From Escherichia phage E26: a stretch of 64,000 nt of DNA. Positions within the stretch are counted from its first letter, which is position 1. Every line of letters starts with the position of its first letter. The notes under the pieces are model-generated. The model worked only from the letters and a program-made list of their open reading frames with translations. It was not told the DNA's origin and searched no databases. Positions 41,651 through 52,200 of the stretch are shown here, one piece after another. Both the position numbers and the translations under genes were made by a program. The stretch lies in sequence record MN655998.1. The stretch is one strand, 5' to 3'.

Positions 41651-42871
41651 TTAGACTGCCATTTGAGCGGTGATCGCTGGATGGCTTTGATAGTTGTGAA
41701 TTTTAAAGTCTTTCGGAGTTTTTGTCAATACCTCCTCTAAAGATTTAAATTCCGGCAACTCAATTGTTGGTTTATCAAACGGAACACGGTTTAATTGCTC
41801 CATAACTTGATCAAAATGGTTTTTGTAAATGTGAGTATCTCCACCAGAGAAAATCAGTTCTCCTACCTCAAGATCACACATTTTCGCTATGATGTGAGTT
41901 AACAGCGCATAGCTGGCGACGTTAAAGGGCAAGCCCAAAAAGCTGTCTACGCTTCGCTGAAACCACATACAAGACAGTTTACCTTCATTGACGTAGAATT
42001 GCACGAAAGGATGACATACACCTAATACAGCATTATGTGTTCCTTGTACGTTCCATGAGTCAATAATGATCCGGCGATCCGTTGGATTGTTTTTAATTTG
42101 TTCAATCACGTTTTGTAACTGGTCTTCCCAAATCTTCGGGCGATAGACATATTCTTCATCGTCTTTAGTGCTTGATGTGTCTACGTCCATACTAACAAAC
42201 ATCGTGGTATCCGGTGCTAAAATGTCGCCACCCAGATAATCACTATCAAGCAGATAATCGAAATAACCACTATCTACCCATTCCTGGAATCCCCACAAGC
42301 AATATGCATCATTAACAAAATTAGATTGAGTCTTCCAGTGGTCTGCTACCAGAATACAATCAAACTCTTCATAAATCATACCACGCCAGATAGCACATAA
42401 ACGGTCTTCTGTTTCATTGGTTGGCGTAAAGTCTTCTACCCACGGGTGTTTAAATGTATGTGTATATTTGCTCTTAACACGCTTAATTTTGATCTCACCG
42501 TGTGGATGAATCGGTTTGCGTCGCCATGCCATGCCATACATATTCCCAACATTATAACCATTGAATCGCAAAGGATTCTTTTCTTTCATATCAAGACAGT
42601 TGCCGCGCCAAATGTCGAAGGCTTCTTCGTCAAACTTACCGCGTGTAATTTCCTGTAAGCGACGGCGGTCAAGTGATCCCTCCATAAACCATAGCAATTC
42701 GCCAATTACAGAGGCTGTAGCCATCTTTTTAGTGGTAAGTAAGGGGAAACCCTTGCTTAAGTCAATTCGCATTTCTGTACCGAATTTAGAGAGCGTACCT
42801 ACCCCAGTTCGGTCGTCACGAGGCCAACCATTATCAAGAACATCACGCAATAGTTTCAAATATTCTTTCAT
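41651..42871 (-). CDS. td: thymidylate synthase with large in-frame insertion
   Basis: 406 aa versus about 286 in T4 Td; conserved ThyA blocks flank an extra segment of about 115 aa. Confidence 0.85.
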   Translation of the reverse strand: MKEYLKLLRDVLDNGWPRDDRTGVGTLSKFGTEMRIDLSKGFPLLTTKKMATASVIGELLWFMEGSLDRRRLQEITRGKFDEEAFDIWRGNCLDMKEKNPLRFNGYNVGNMYGMAWRRKPIHPHGEIKIKRVKSKYTHTFKHPWVEDFTPTNETEDRLCAIWRGMIYEEFDCILVADHWKTQSNFVNDAYCLWGFQEWVDSGYFDYLLDSDYLGGDILAPDTTMFVSMDVDTSSTKDDEEYVYRPKIWEDQLQNVIEQIKNNPTDRRIIIDSWNVQGTHNAVLGVCHPFVQFYVNEGKLSCMWFQRSVDSFLGLPFNVASYALLTHIIAKMCDLEVGELIFSGGDTHIYKNHFDQVMEQLNRVPFDKPTIELPEFKSLEEVLTKTPKDFKIHNYQSHPAITAQMAV

Positions 42872-43205
42872 CCCACATCACCTTTTTCTTGTTGATTGCT
42901 TTCTTACGCAGTTTTGCTACTGTCTCGTCAATATCGATAAAGACAACGCCACGGTCGAATACAGTTGCAGGTCTTGAGATATCGCTATTTTCTTGCACAG
43001 GAAGCCATGATGCGCTCGCTTCATCATAGAGATATTGTAAACCGTAATAATCTACGGCTACTGCGTAGTTTTCACTGGTAGCTGACCATAATTGAATAAT
43101 ACCGACTTTCATTATTGTTCCCGTCCGCAATGTAAGCACCGGACTACCAGCAAACATCAAAGATTCACCACAATGTTTGCACTCATAATCTGTCAGAATT
43201 TTCAT
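42843..43205 (-). CDS. hypothetical protein
   Basis: ORF track 120 aa; N-terminal CKHCG. Confidence 0.5.
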   Translation of the reverse strand: MKILTDYECKHCGESLMFAGSPVLTLRTGTIMKVGIIQLWSATSENYAVAVDYYGLQYLYDEASASWLPVQENSDISRPATVFDRGVVFIDIDETVAKLRKKAINKKKVMWDERIFETIA

Positions 43206-43206
43206 G

Positions 43207-43806
43207 TTACGCCTTCTTACGTTCTAAAATTTGTTCGCTGATCAGGTAATCATCAAGGAAGTAATTATGTTCTTCTTTTGTTGCAAAGTCAAAATATAAT
43301 TCCTGAATCATTTCCTTAGAGATACCAACATCATATTCAAATGGATCGTTGATCCCTGAACGTTGAACATACGTTAACACAATACGGTCCGCAAAGTCAA
43401 CTGCTTTTTCAATCAGGGAAGGTCCACCGATAACGCTTACCATACCTTGCAATTTCTCTATGACTTCCAATAAATCCTTCAAACCACCATCATTAGTAAT
43501 CGCGGTATACACATCAGGATGTTCGCCGTTTTTTGCTTTCGGTGCTGGCTTACTGGTATCGGTGCTAACAACCACATTCACACGACCTTCCAGTGCTTTA
43601 GGGAGACTTTCAAAGGTATTACGTCCCATTACAACCGCCGCAAGATCAACATCTCCCATAGTGCGCATTTTAAAGTTTTCCATGTCCTTTTTGATTGGAC
43701 GTCCCCACGGTAAGCCGCCTTTAAAACCAAACGCCCAATTTTCATCCGACATTTTAGTGTCACCAATCGCAAATACACATTGAATCATAATATAATCTCC
43801 TGTCAA
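43207..43806 (-). CDS. frd: dihydrofolate reductase
   Basis: 199 aa; DHFR motifs FAIGD, GLPWGRP, VIGGPSL; start may be the internal Met at 43788. Confidence 0.82.
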   Translation of the reverse strand: MTGDYIMIQCVFAIGDTKMSDENWAFGFKGGLPWGRPIKKDMENFKMRTMGDVDLAAVVMGRNTFESLPKALEGRVNVVVSTDTSKPAPKAKNGEHPDVYTAITNDGGLKDLLEVIEKLQGMVSVIGGPSLIEKAVDFADRIVLTYVQRSGINDPFEYDVGISKEMIQELYFDFATKEEHNYFLDDYLISEQILERKKA

Positions 43807-44132
43807 ATCAGTTTAAAGAAGTTTTCGTTTACATTTTCTTCGGTGATTGCTGTCTTAAATTCTTGACCGTTATCCGGTGTGATGAAATAACGGTCAGAAT
43901 AATCACGAAAACGTTTTAAGTGAGATAACCCAACATTAACACCATTTTCCCAAAAACGAAAGGTAATCATTTTTGGTTCATATCGATAGTCGCTGGTTAA
44001 CACAGTACCATCACCGCGACGGGCTTCATAAACCGTAATACATTCACGATTAGCGGCTTTAAGGCATTCTTCAATAGTGCCACACGAGATAATACTTACT
44101 TTTTCATCTACGATTTGCTCTACAGTCCACAT
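43803..44132 (-). CDS. hypothetical protein
   Basis: ORF track 109 aa. Confidence 0.5.
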   Translation of the reverse strand: MWTVEQIVDEKVSIISCGTIEECLKAANRECITVYEARRGDGTVLTSDYRYEPKMITFRFWENGVNVGLSHLKRFRDYSDRYFITPDNGQEFKTAITEENVNENFFKLI

Positions 44133-44162
44133 AATATAATCCTCTCTTCGTTTCGATGTTTG

Positions 44163-44191
44163 TATTATACATCATCTGTGTTCGGCGTCAA
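44163..44191 (-). promoter_or_regulatory. PeSL-like early promoter cassette 17
   Basis: TTGACG-N16/17-TATAAT. Confidence 0.5.
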
Positions 44192-44517
44192 CCTTTTTGT
44201 TCCATGAAAAGCGGTGCTGTTTCTTCTTTCAGTTTAATAACTAGCGCGGAAACTTCATCAAGAAAATCTTTTTCCATATGAGCAAGCATTGATTTAGAAT
44301 CTTTGATGACTTTCAAAGAATATTCACTTAGATTTCCGTTTCCTAACAATAATGCAGGATACACACTATGTGGGATCTCGATTTCATGATATTCGCTCAT
44401 AGTATAATATTTGTGAATTTTTAAATCTATATTTCTTCGTTGTACGTCCACATCAGCAATGACATACAGAAGTTCGATTTTATCGCTTTTCTGGGAAAGG
44501 GTAGCATTCAAAAACAT
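44188..44517 (-). CDS. hypothetical protein
   Basis: ORF track 109 aa. Confidence 0.5.
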   Translation of the reverse strand: MFLNATLSQKSDKIELLYVIADVDVQRRNIDLKIHKYYTMSEYHEIEIPHSVYPALLLGNGNLSEYSLKVIKDSKSMLAHMEKDFLDEVSALVIKLKEETAPLFMEQKG

Positions 44518-44546
44518 TGTTAATCCTCCATTGTTTCGATGTGTGC

Positions 44547-44574
44547 ATTATACATTACCACATAAGCATGTCAA
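44547..44574 (-). promoter_or_regulatory. PeSL-like early promoter cassette 18
   Basis: TTGACA-N16-TATAAT. Confidence 0.5.
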
Positions 44575-44599
44575 CATCTTTTCATAAATTTTTAGGCAA

Positions 44600-44626
44600 T
44601 AAAAAAGCCTCCCCGAAGGAAGGCTT
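44600..44626 (-). terminator. Rho-independent terminator (minus strand) after gene 32
   Basis: Minus-strand RNA GCCUUCC-UUCG-GGGAGGC followed by UUUUUU. Confidence 0.6.
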
Positions 44627-44635
44627 TAAAATTCA

Positions 44636-45610
44636 TTACATCCCTAACAGAGCGTCAAGATCATCCAGATCAGAAGCGGAGGAAGTACCGCCACCCAGGT
44701 CCAGAGATGCCATCAGGTCATCAGCGGAAGAATCTAACGCCGTGCTAGCTGCGTTAATACCAACTACAGTGCTAGCTGCGGTCATACCAGAATCGAATGC
44801 ATTCATCTGTGCGTCAAAATCGTCAAGCTGGCTGTTAATCGCTGCCGCAGCACTGGAAGCCGCAGCACCAGCTACCATAGAAACGCCCATAGTTTTCTTA
44901 AATTTGGTTTCCAGTTCATCGAACGGTTTAAACTGGCTAGGCGCTACAATCTCACTCAGATCAACCATGTTTTCCATCAGATATTTCTGATATGCTTCGT
45001 CTTCAATTTTCGGAAGCTGTGATTGCTGCATGAAACGAGAATCATCATAGTTCTGGTGTTTATCAACCTTCTTAGCTTTCAGGAGGAAGTTAGCACCGGA
45101 GAACACACAAGTTACATCTACCGGAACTTCGCCCATATCGGTATTCACGTTCACCATCGCAACGATCTTATCATAAATTTTCTGACCGAAGCGGAATTTG
45201 AATACCTTACCTTCGTTTTCTGGTGCTTGAGGATCTTTCAGTACCAGAATATTTGCGTAGTAAGACGCTTTACGTTTAATCAGTTGCCATTCGGTTTTAT
45301 CGGTATTGTACAGATCTTTTTCGTTAATATATTTGCACACCGGGCAAGAATCAAAATCACCGTGGGTGCTGGAGCAGTTTTCCCAATACCATTTTCCATT
45401 AACTTTGAAGGAATGGTTTACCAGTTTCACAATCGGCAGACCGTCTTCTGTCTTAGACGGCAGGAAGCGAATCAGGGCTTCACCGTTACCCGCTGCATCA
45501 GTCTTAATCTTCCACTCTTTCGGATCTTCTTTGGAGAAACCGTTGCCACCTTTCAGTGCGGCCAGTTGAGCTTGCAGTTTGGAGCTATCTTGACGTTTAA
45601 ACATATTCAC
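44636..45610 (-). CDS. 32: single-stranded DNA-binding protein gp32
   Basis: 324 aa; [20 protein letters not shown] zinc site, [12 protein letters not shown]; colinear with T4 gp32. Confidence 0.92.
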   Translation of the reverse strand: MNMFKRQDSSKLQAQLAALKGGNGFSKEDPKEWKIKTDAAGNGEALIRFLPSKTEDGLPIVKLVNHSFKVNGKWYWENCSSTHGDFDSCPVCKYINEKDLYNTDKTEWQLIKRKASYYANILVLKDPQAPENEGKVFKFRFGQKIYDKIVAMVNVNTDMGEVPVDVTCVFSGANFLLKAKKVDKHQNYDDSRFMQQSQLPKIEDEAYQKYLMENMVDLSEIVAPSQFKPFDELETKFKKTMGVSMVAGAAASSAAAAINSQLDDFDAQMNAFDSGMTAASTVVGINAASTALDSSADDLMASLDLGGGTSSASDLDDLDALLGM

Positions 45611-45657
45611 TATTCCTTCTTTTGATTAATTTACTAGACTATTATACAGATTTAAAT

Positions 45658-46251
45658 TTACTTGTCAAATACTTTATTAATTATATCTAACAACTTTGGT
45701 TTTCTATTTTCAAATTCTAACATTTCTTCGGGAGAAATGTCAACTACTTCTGTTTTATGAAAGAAATCAGGATCTATTGCATCGGCAACAAAGTTTCTAG
45801 CTAACGCAGCGGCCTTTTCGTAATCATAAAGACCTAGATACAAAAGTTTCCCTCTATCAACCTGAATACATGCTTTATATTTACCATCTCGTTTATAAAA
45901 ACTTACTCCGATATACTCAGACGTCTTACCTTTTTGCTTTCCAACATTTCTTGAGTTTTGTTGGTCGGTCGCATCTCTCAAGTTTTCAATCCGATTATCG
46001 GTTATAACTCTGTTTACATGGTCAACACATTTTGGCATATATCCATGATGCATGAAGAAAATTATTCTATGCTCTTTGTGCAATCGACCATCAAACTTAA
46101 CTACTCTATATCCAGTTCTTGGATTTACATAGCCCGCTCTAGATCCGACTTTATGCTTTCGGTTTGTCGATATCTTGCGAATCAGCTTACCGTTATCATA
46201 TTTAAAGAGTTCATGACAACGAGCATACAATTCAGGGTCATATGTTTTCAC
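45658..46251 (-). CDS. HNH endonuclease with AP2-like DNA-binding domain (freestanding)
   Basis: 197 aa; HVNRVITDNRIENLRDATDQQNSRN (HNH_3) plus SEYIGVSFYKRDGKYKACIQ (AP2-like). Confidence 0.7.
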   Translation of the reverse strand: MKTYDPELYARCHELFKYDNGKLIRKISTNRKHKVGSRAGYVNPRTGYRVVKFDGRLHKEHRIIFFMHHGYMPKCVDHVNRVITDNRIENLRDATDQQNSRNVGKQKGKTSEYIGVSFYKRDGKYKACIQVDRGKLLYLGLYDYEKAAALARNFVADAIDPDFFHKTEVVDISPEEMLEFENRKPKLLDIINKVFDK

Positions 46252-46915
46252 CTTTTAACCTCGATATTTCTTTACACTCTTTAACTACTTTAACAAATAA
46301 TGCTCTTGCTTTTGCGGCGTCAATAACAAGTAGTTTCTTGTACGCCTTCATTTTAACACTATAAGTTTGCCAAATCAAGTCTTTGGCTACCTTGTCGTGT
46401 TCGTCGATTATATTTAGAAAGCTATCTAACAACATAAACGACTCAAACGATATAATCCGATTTTGCAGTAGTTTAAAGATACCGCTTGTTTCGGTTGCGG
46501 GATTGTATGTAATTAGCTCTTTAAGAGTAACCCCGCGTTTCTCGGAGAAGTATACCAGACTTTTAATGTCATCGTCAAATCGTGTTGCTGCATCGGTTAT
46601 CTTTCCTATGTATTCCATATAAAAGCCGTATGCGTCAACATCAGTGATTTCACCTACCCATGCATCGGTATTGGCTACCAGATTGCTTAGGAATAGGAAG
46701 TATAATTCTCTTAGATTGTACTTTTCCGCTAATTTTGCGAAATAATACTTATCTCTGCGTTTATTGAATGCGGCATCAGACAACCGCATCCTCCAATTGT
46801 ATTTTACGCAATCATAACGCCCGTTCATATGAGCTTTCATCATGCAATATAACATATACACAGATTTAGCATTAATTCGCATATCTGGATCTGGAGGAAG
46901 ACGGTTTCTGATCAT
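46238..46915 (-). CDS. 59: gp59 helicase loader
   Basis: 225 aa; NGRYDCVKYNWRMRLSDAAFNKRRDKY, LVANTDAW, FKLLQNRIISFESFMLLDSFLNIID match T4 gp59. Confidence 0.9.
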   Translation of the reverse strand: MIRNRLPPDPDMRINAKSVYMLYCMMKAHMNGRYDCVKYNWRMRLSDAAFNKRRDKYYFAKLAEKYNLRELYFLFLSNLVANTDAWVGEITDVDAYGFYMEYIGKITDAATRFDDDIKSLVYFSEKRGVTLKELITYNPATETSGIFKLLQNRIISFESFMLLDSFLNIIDEHDKVAKDLIWQTYSVKMKAYKKLLVIDAAKARALFVKVVKECKEISRLKGENI

Positions 46916-46924
46916 ACATACCCC

Positions 46925-47194
46925 TTAAATATCGAGAGTGTTGGTCGGTTCGTCGATCACTCCCTTCCTGAGCGTTCTATTTACTATACATTCTTGTGTG
47001 ATCTTGTCAATAATGGACACCGGAATATACTTCTGATAGTGACCATATTCTATAGAGTTTTCCTCTACAAACTGAGTGGTCGCTTCAAGATAAGTCAATC
47101 CCTCTTCAACAACCAGTTTTTCGATTGCAAGACCGTTTGCTGTTTTGTTCGCGGCTTTTACCGCATGTTCATTAAGCATTGAACACCCGATCAT
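46925..47194 (-). CDS. 33: late transcription co-activator gp33
   Basis: 89 aa; segment TYLEATTQFVEENSI resembles T4 gp33; synteny 59-33-dsbA. Confidence 0.65.
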   Translation of the reverse strand: MIGCSMLNEHAVKAANKTANGLAIEKLVVEEGLTYLEATTQFVEENSIEYGHYQKYIPVSIIDKITQECIVNRTLRKGVIDEPTNTLDI

Positions 47195-47447
47195 AGAGTT
47201 CTACTGCTTCATCGCGTTCTGCTTCGAAGGTTTCGCGCTGTTGCTGGTGATACAGTTTAAACAGAATGCCCCACATTTTACCATCTACGCCTAATTCTTC
47301 TTTAGCACGCTGTTTGATCTCTTTGATCTTATCGCCATATGCTTCTTGAATGGTTTTCTGATCGCTGGCTTCTTTAATCAGTTGTGCCAGGGTATTTCCG
47401 TGCACTGCTTCGTCAAATACTACTTTTTCTTTTTTCTGTTCAGTCAT
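47172..47447 (-). CDS. dsbA: dsDNA-binding late transcription protein DsbA
   Basis: 91 aa; LFKLYHQQQRETFEAE resembles T4 DsbA; synteny. Confidence 0.65.
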   Translation of the reverse strand: MTEQKKEKVVFDEAVHGNTLAQLIKEASDQKTIQEAYGDKIKEIKQRAKEELGVDGKMWGILFKLYHQQQRETFEAERDEAVELYDRVFNA

Positions 47448-47451
47448 AATA

Positions 47452-48048
47452 TTAACCCTCTTTAGTCATTAATTGAAAACCACGTTCAGCTTTTGAAATT
47501 TCGCTAGGACTTAAATCGTCACCAACATATTCTAGCATCATTTCTCGGATAATGTCAAGTGCTTTTTCATCACCTGATTTTAACTCGAACTCAAGTTCAT
47601 AGTGAGCCTCTCCCATTCTTTCGCCGACTTTACAATAATAGAAAGTGTCTTTGCACATTTCCACTATAGCACACTCAAAGTCAAGTGTCAATGACTTGCG
47701 GTATGTCATTACTTGCAATAAAGGAACGATAAGGTCGGAGTTTACGCCTAGACTATCAACATAGTGATAGAAATCATCCGTTGTTGAAAAAGTAATTTCT
47801 TCTCGGTTGAATAGTCCAGATTCACTATCACCTATTTTGACCATGATCAATGATCTGTTAACGTCAAGTCGAGCATAAATTCCTTTTCGACGCAGTGCAT
47901 GATCTTCGGTATCATAATAAAATTCGTGTTTTAATATGTTATATCGATCGACGAGATTGTACCCGTCATACATTGCTACCCACAAATCACAGATGGTTTC
48001 GACGCCAATTGGTGATTGTGCATAGTATTTTAATTCAAGTTCTTTCAT
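47452..48048 (-). CDS. CYTH-like (triphosphate tunnel metalloenzyme) protein
   Basis: 198 aa; N-terminal ELELKY (ExExK) and C-terminal HYELEFELK acidic motifs typical of CYTH domains. Confidence 0.5.
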   Translation of the reverse strand: MKELELKYYAQSPIGVETICDLWVAMYDGYNLVDRYNILKHEFYYDTEDHALRRKGIYARLDVNRSLIMVKIGDSESGLFNREEITFSTTDDFYHYVDSLGVNSDLIVPLLQVMTYRKSLTLDFECAIVEMCKDTFYYCKVGERMGEAHYELEFELKSGDEKALDIIREMMLEYVGDDLSPSEISKAERGFQLMTKEG

Positions 48049-48058
48049 ATGTCAACCC

Positions 48059-49006
48059 TTAGAACTCACCAATTTTCTGCAACATTTTAACTAACGCATT
48101 TGTTACAAAATAGTTATAAATTTTACCGCGTGGTGCTGGTTTAGATTTTTCCCATGCTAACAAAATTTCATATTCGATGTTATCAGGAATAAATTCAAAA
48201 TCAATAAGTTCGCGGTTTTCGTCAAAGCGTCGTGCTTCTTCCTCTGTCATCAAAGACTTTGGATCTTCGGCATCGAAAATTTGCTCTAACCATTTGGTTG
48301 CAATTGGTTTAGCTCGTTCACCTTCCAGCCGTGAGATAATGAAATCACTACGGCACTTGATAGAAGCTACACCGTCTTTTGCGTCACCCTTAACACATTT
48401 TACCATAAGGTCTTTGTAAGGACTACCATATTTGCATTTCTTCCATGCTTTCTGTACTGGTGCCCACTGTTTCACATTTTTGTATTTGTGCAACTGTGTG
48501 TAGTCACCATCGCCGGAGTTGATTAGCACCTGGCGACCTTCTACAGAAAACTTTTTAGTTAATACAGCGATTATATCATCTGCTTCAACTTTGTCAACCT
48601 TAATAACGTGATAAGGCATGTTCTCTTTAAACTCTTCGGTGATCTTATTGATCGCAGCAAAGATCATCTCCCAATCACGCGGATCTGCGTCTCGTTTTTC
48701 CTTACGGTTGCGTTTATAGTAAGATGCGATATCACGTCGCCAGTAACCTTTGCTTGAATCAAAGGCAAGTACCGTAATTGGGTATTGCTCTTTGAATTTT
48801 GTCATATTATAACGCATGGTGTCAAGGATAAGATGACGGATCATGCCTTCATTAATAGGATCTTCCGGTTTAAAGGTATGCGAGATAGTAGCAATCATAA
48901 GCTGCGACATATCAATCAAATGCACACCGTCCGGTAGTTTATCTTCTGGATCATCGAAGAAATCATTAAGTGTAGCGGTAGTTTTTGTAAACGGGTTATA
49001 AGTCAT
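48059..49006 (-). CDS. rnh: RNase H (5'-3' exonuclease)
   Basis: 315 aa; GYWRRD, KVDKVEADDIIAVL, SGDGDYTQLHKY, PRGKIYNYF; colinear with T4 Rnh. Confidence 0.92.
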   Translation of the reverse strand: MTYNPFTKTTATLNDFFDDPEDKLPDGVHLIDMSQLMIATISHTFKPEDPINEGMIRHLILDTMRYNMTKFKEQYPITVLAFDSSKGYWRRDIASYYKRNRKEKRDADPRDWEMIFAAINKITEEFKENMPYHVIKVDKVEADDIIAVLTKKFSVEGRQVLINSGDGDYTQLHKYKNVKQWAPVQKAWKKCKYGSPYKDLMVKCVKGDAKDGVASIKCRSDFIISRLEGERAKPIATKWLEQIFDAEDPKSLMTEEEARRFDENRELIDFEFIPDNIEYEILLAWEKSKPAPRGKIYNYFVTNALVKMLQKIGEF

Positions 49007-49008
49007 AA

Positions 49009-49194
49009 TTAAGTTCTCTCCACTCTCACAACAACATATTCACCAAACGAGTTAGATACTTCACGGTCATACCCGTACTTCTCCATAACTCGCAGAATTG
49101 CATTGTTTAATTCGGCACGGAAATAATTATAATCCTTATCAGGGATTCTGTCAACTACCCATTTTGCACCGTCTGACAAATCAAATTTAACCAT
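49009..49194 (-). CDS. small hypothetical protein
   Basis: ORF track 61 aa. Confidence 0.45.
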   Translation of the reverse strand: MVKFDLSDGAKWVVDRIPDKDYNYFRAELNNAILRVMEKYGYDREVSNSFGEYVVVRVERT

Positions 49195-49232
49195 AATATA
49201 TCATCCTCTTTTGTTTCTATCAAGCCTTATTT

Positions 49233-49240
49233 TATAAATA
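49233..49240 (+). promoter_or_regulatory. T4-type late promoter TATAAATA for gene 34
   Basis: Exact TATAAATA 29 nt upstream of the gp34 ATG. Confidence 0.55.
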
Positions 49241-49268
49241 TGAACATACTATAAAAGGAGACCCAATA

Positions 49269-52200
49269 ATGGCAGATTTTTCTCAACATTTCAAGGCCAC
49301 GTTTGGCTTTGACGCTGGTAATGAAAAGGTCGTCAATGTAGCATTGGCTGATAAGAATGTCAACACCGATGCGGTCAACGTTGAATTTTTCAATTACCAT
49401 AATGGTATTACTCAGTATGACACAACTCGCGGTTATGATCAATACGGAACTACAATCTATCAAAACCGTCCGTATTATGCAAAAGAAGATATCACAAAAC
49501 CGGCAGGTGATTTTGACCCGACTAAATGGCAAGCACTGCGCACGGACCCACGTTGGGATTATATTGCAGCAACTTCCGGTGATACTCCTTTAAAGTCTGG
49601 TGATTATATCGCAGCAGATGGTCAATTTGCAAACTTGACTTTCTCTATGCCAACTAAACCAGCAGAGGGAGACACTATAACAGTAAAAGATATCGGTGGC
49701 AAGTGTGGTGTTAACGAATTATCGTTCTTGAGTTCAGGACATGAGTTTTACCATAACGGTAATGTGTATAACCGAAAATGGTATTGCACTACCCCGTATG
49801 CAATGAACTATTTCATCTTTGTTCGTAATCGTTGGCATGTTTATCAGACAGGAACAGAGCCACGCGGTGTGTACGCACAGCCAGCGATTGATGCTATTCA
49901 AATGCAGAATGGTGACCAGGTATTTCGTCGTAGTTCGTTGGGTAATATTACCTTAGTGCTTCCTAAGTTTGCCAACAATGGCGACATGATCCAGACTACA
50001 GACCTTGACGGATTAACCGCAACCAACCACGTTACGGTTAAAGTTCATGAGCACGCAGAAGAACAATCAATTGGCACGTCCGGTCTAAAAGAGATTATCG
50101 GTAAGCGTAGCGGTCATGGTGTATTCATCTTTGACAAGACGGAAAACTTATGGCGTTTGTGGGATGGTGATCAGTCTGTTCGTCTTAAACCGATCATCGA
50201 TGACACTCGCTTGCAACCTAATAGCTATGTTGCTGTATTTGGTGATCGTGATGTTACTCTGACGCTGCCGACCAATGTCGAGCCGGGTGATCGTATTCAA
50301 GTTTCTATGCAGTATATGCACGGAAACCAGAATTGCCGTATTATCACCGCCACAGAGGATACAAAAATCCTTATGTCGAAAAACATGGTTCAGTTTCCGA
50401 AGCGTAGCGAGTACCCATTCAACGGGACCGACACATGGAAGGAAGTGTCTGAATTGTCGTTCAATGCGGCTAGTGATTATGTACCTTATCTGGAGTTCTC
50501 TTATTCAGAAGGTGATGATGGTAAGAAACATTGGCTGGTAGCACACTCTCATCCGATCGTCGAACGAGTAGACCCTACTCGTAAAGAGCGTGTTGGTGTA
50601 ATTGCACTGGCTACCCAAACTGAAACGAATAAAAACCATGAAGAGAATCCTAGCGACGAAGTTGCAGTAACACCAAAAATGCTGGCTAATAAAACCGCCA
50701 ACGAAACTCGACGCGGTATTGCTCGCATTGCGACTCAAGCGGAAACGCATCAAGATACTGGTTCTAACTTCCTGGATGATGTTATCGTTACGCCTAAAAA
50801 GTTAAATGACTGTGTTGCTACCGAAGCCCGTCGTGGTGTGATGGAAATTGCAACTCAACATGAAACCAATGAAGGTTTAGACGATACCCGCGCTATTACT
50901 CCTAAGAAATTAGAAGAACGTCGCGCTTCCGAAGATCTCGCTGGCATTGCTGAAATTGTTCAGGCTGGCGGTAGTGCTGCCGCTCGACGTGGCGAAGCTG
51001 GTACAGGGATCTATAACATCAACGACCATGCTAAAATTGTTACGCCACAAAACATCAACGAAGTCAAGGCGACCGAAACTTCCCGTGGTGTTGGCTATCT
51101 GGCAACTGACGCGGAAGTGCAAGGGGCTACAGAATCAACCCCGCAAGATGCTTTACTAATCACGACTCGCACGCTAACGAAACGTACTGCTACCGAATCG
51201 CGCACTGGTATCGCTGAAATTGCAACTCAGGAAGAAACAAACTTAGGTCAAAGTGATAACCATATCATCACGCCTAAAAAGCTGCATGGCAAAAAAGCCA
51301 CCGAAGGTAAAGAAGGTATTATCCGAGTTGGTACTCAAGCCGAAACCGTGGCTGGTACACTGGCTAATGTAGCAATTTCTCCGAAGAACTTCAAATATGT
51401 TGTTCAGACAGAGGATACATGGAAAGCAACAGAAGCGCGTCGTGGATTCTTGAAAGTTGCTACTCAGGAAAACTGTTTTGTTGGTGATAATCTGCAAGGT
51501 TCTACTCAAGAACTAGGAAACTACCAGCATGACGGAATTGCTGTTACCCCTAAAGGATTAAACTACGCACTTGCTAATTTCTTACCTAAGATGGCAACCG
51601 CTCAGAATAGTTTGAAATTGGGTAACGTAGAGGCCGCTAAATGGGCGCGTAGAGACATTGACCAGACCATAGAGAGCAATTACACGTTTAATAAAAAAGT
51701 TAACGTGAAGGGCGATTTAGAGTGCTTAAAATCAGGTTCCTTTGAAACTCTGTATGTGACTAAGAACTCTACTGATGATCCGAGTAATGGTCATCTGGTG
51801 TTGGGTGAGCGTGGAGTTGACGGTCACACCGGAATTACTCTGCATGGCACAACCGCATCGGAAGGCATGAAAAACTCCTGGTCTATTATCGTTGGTGGTA
51901 CTGGAACGGCGCAAGCAGTTAATAGTGGCGCTATCGCTTTCGGTCAAATCAATGATGGTGGAGTCGTCGAGCATTACGCCTTTGCTATGGAACACACTGG
52001 CGACGCGACAGCATATAGAAACTTAATGGCAGGTCGTAACCTGTATGCAAAACAAGGCGGTTTATACATTGTTGACCTGTCTAATCCGGCAATGACTCGT
52101 TCCTCAGATGGTATGCTGAATATCGGTCACGGTGGAAGTGTTAACATCAAGGCAGGTTATCAGAATCTGACTACAGAGATCGCCGGACAGAAATATCAGA

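Noticed and set aside
41651-42871. Group I intron or intein in td
   Set aside because: The 1.2-kb ORF is continuous with no stops, so a typical intron is unlikely. The extra segment lacks intein boundary residues. It is treated as an in-frame insertion instead.
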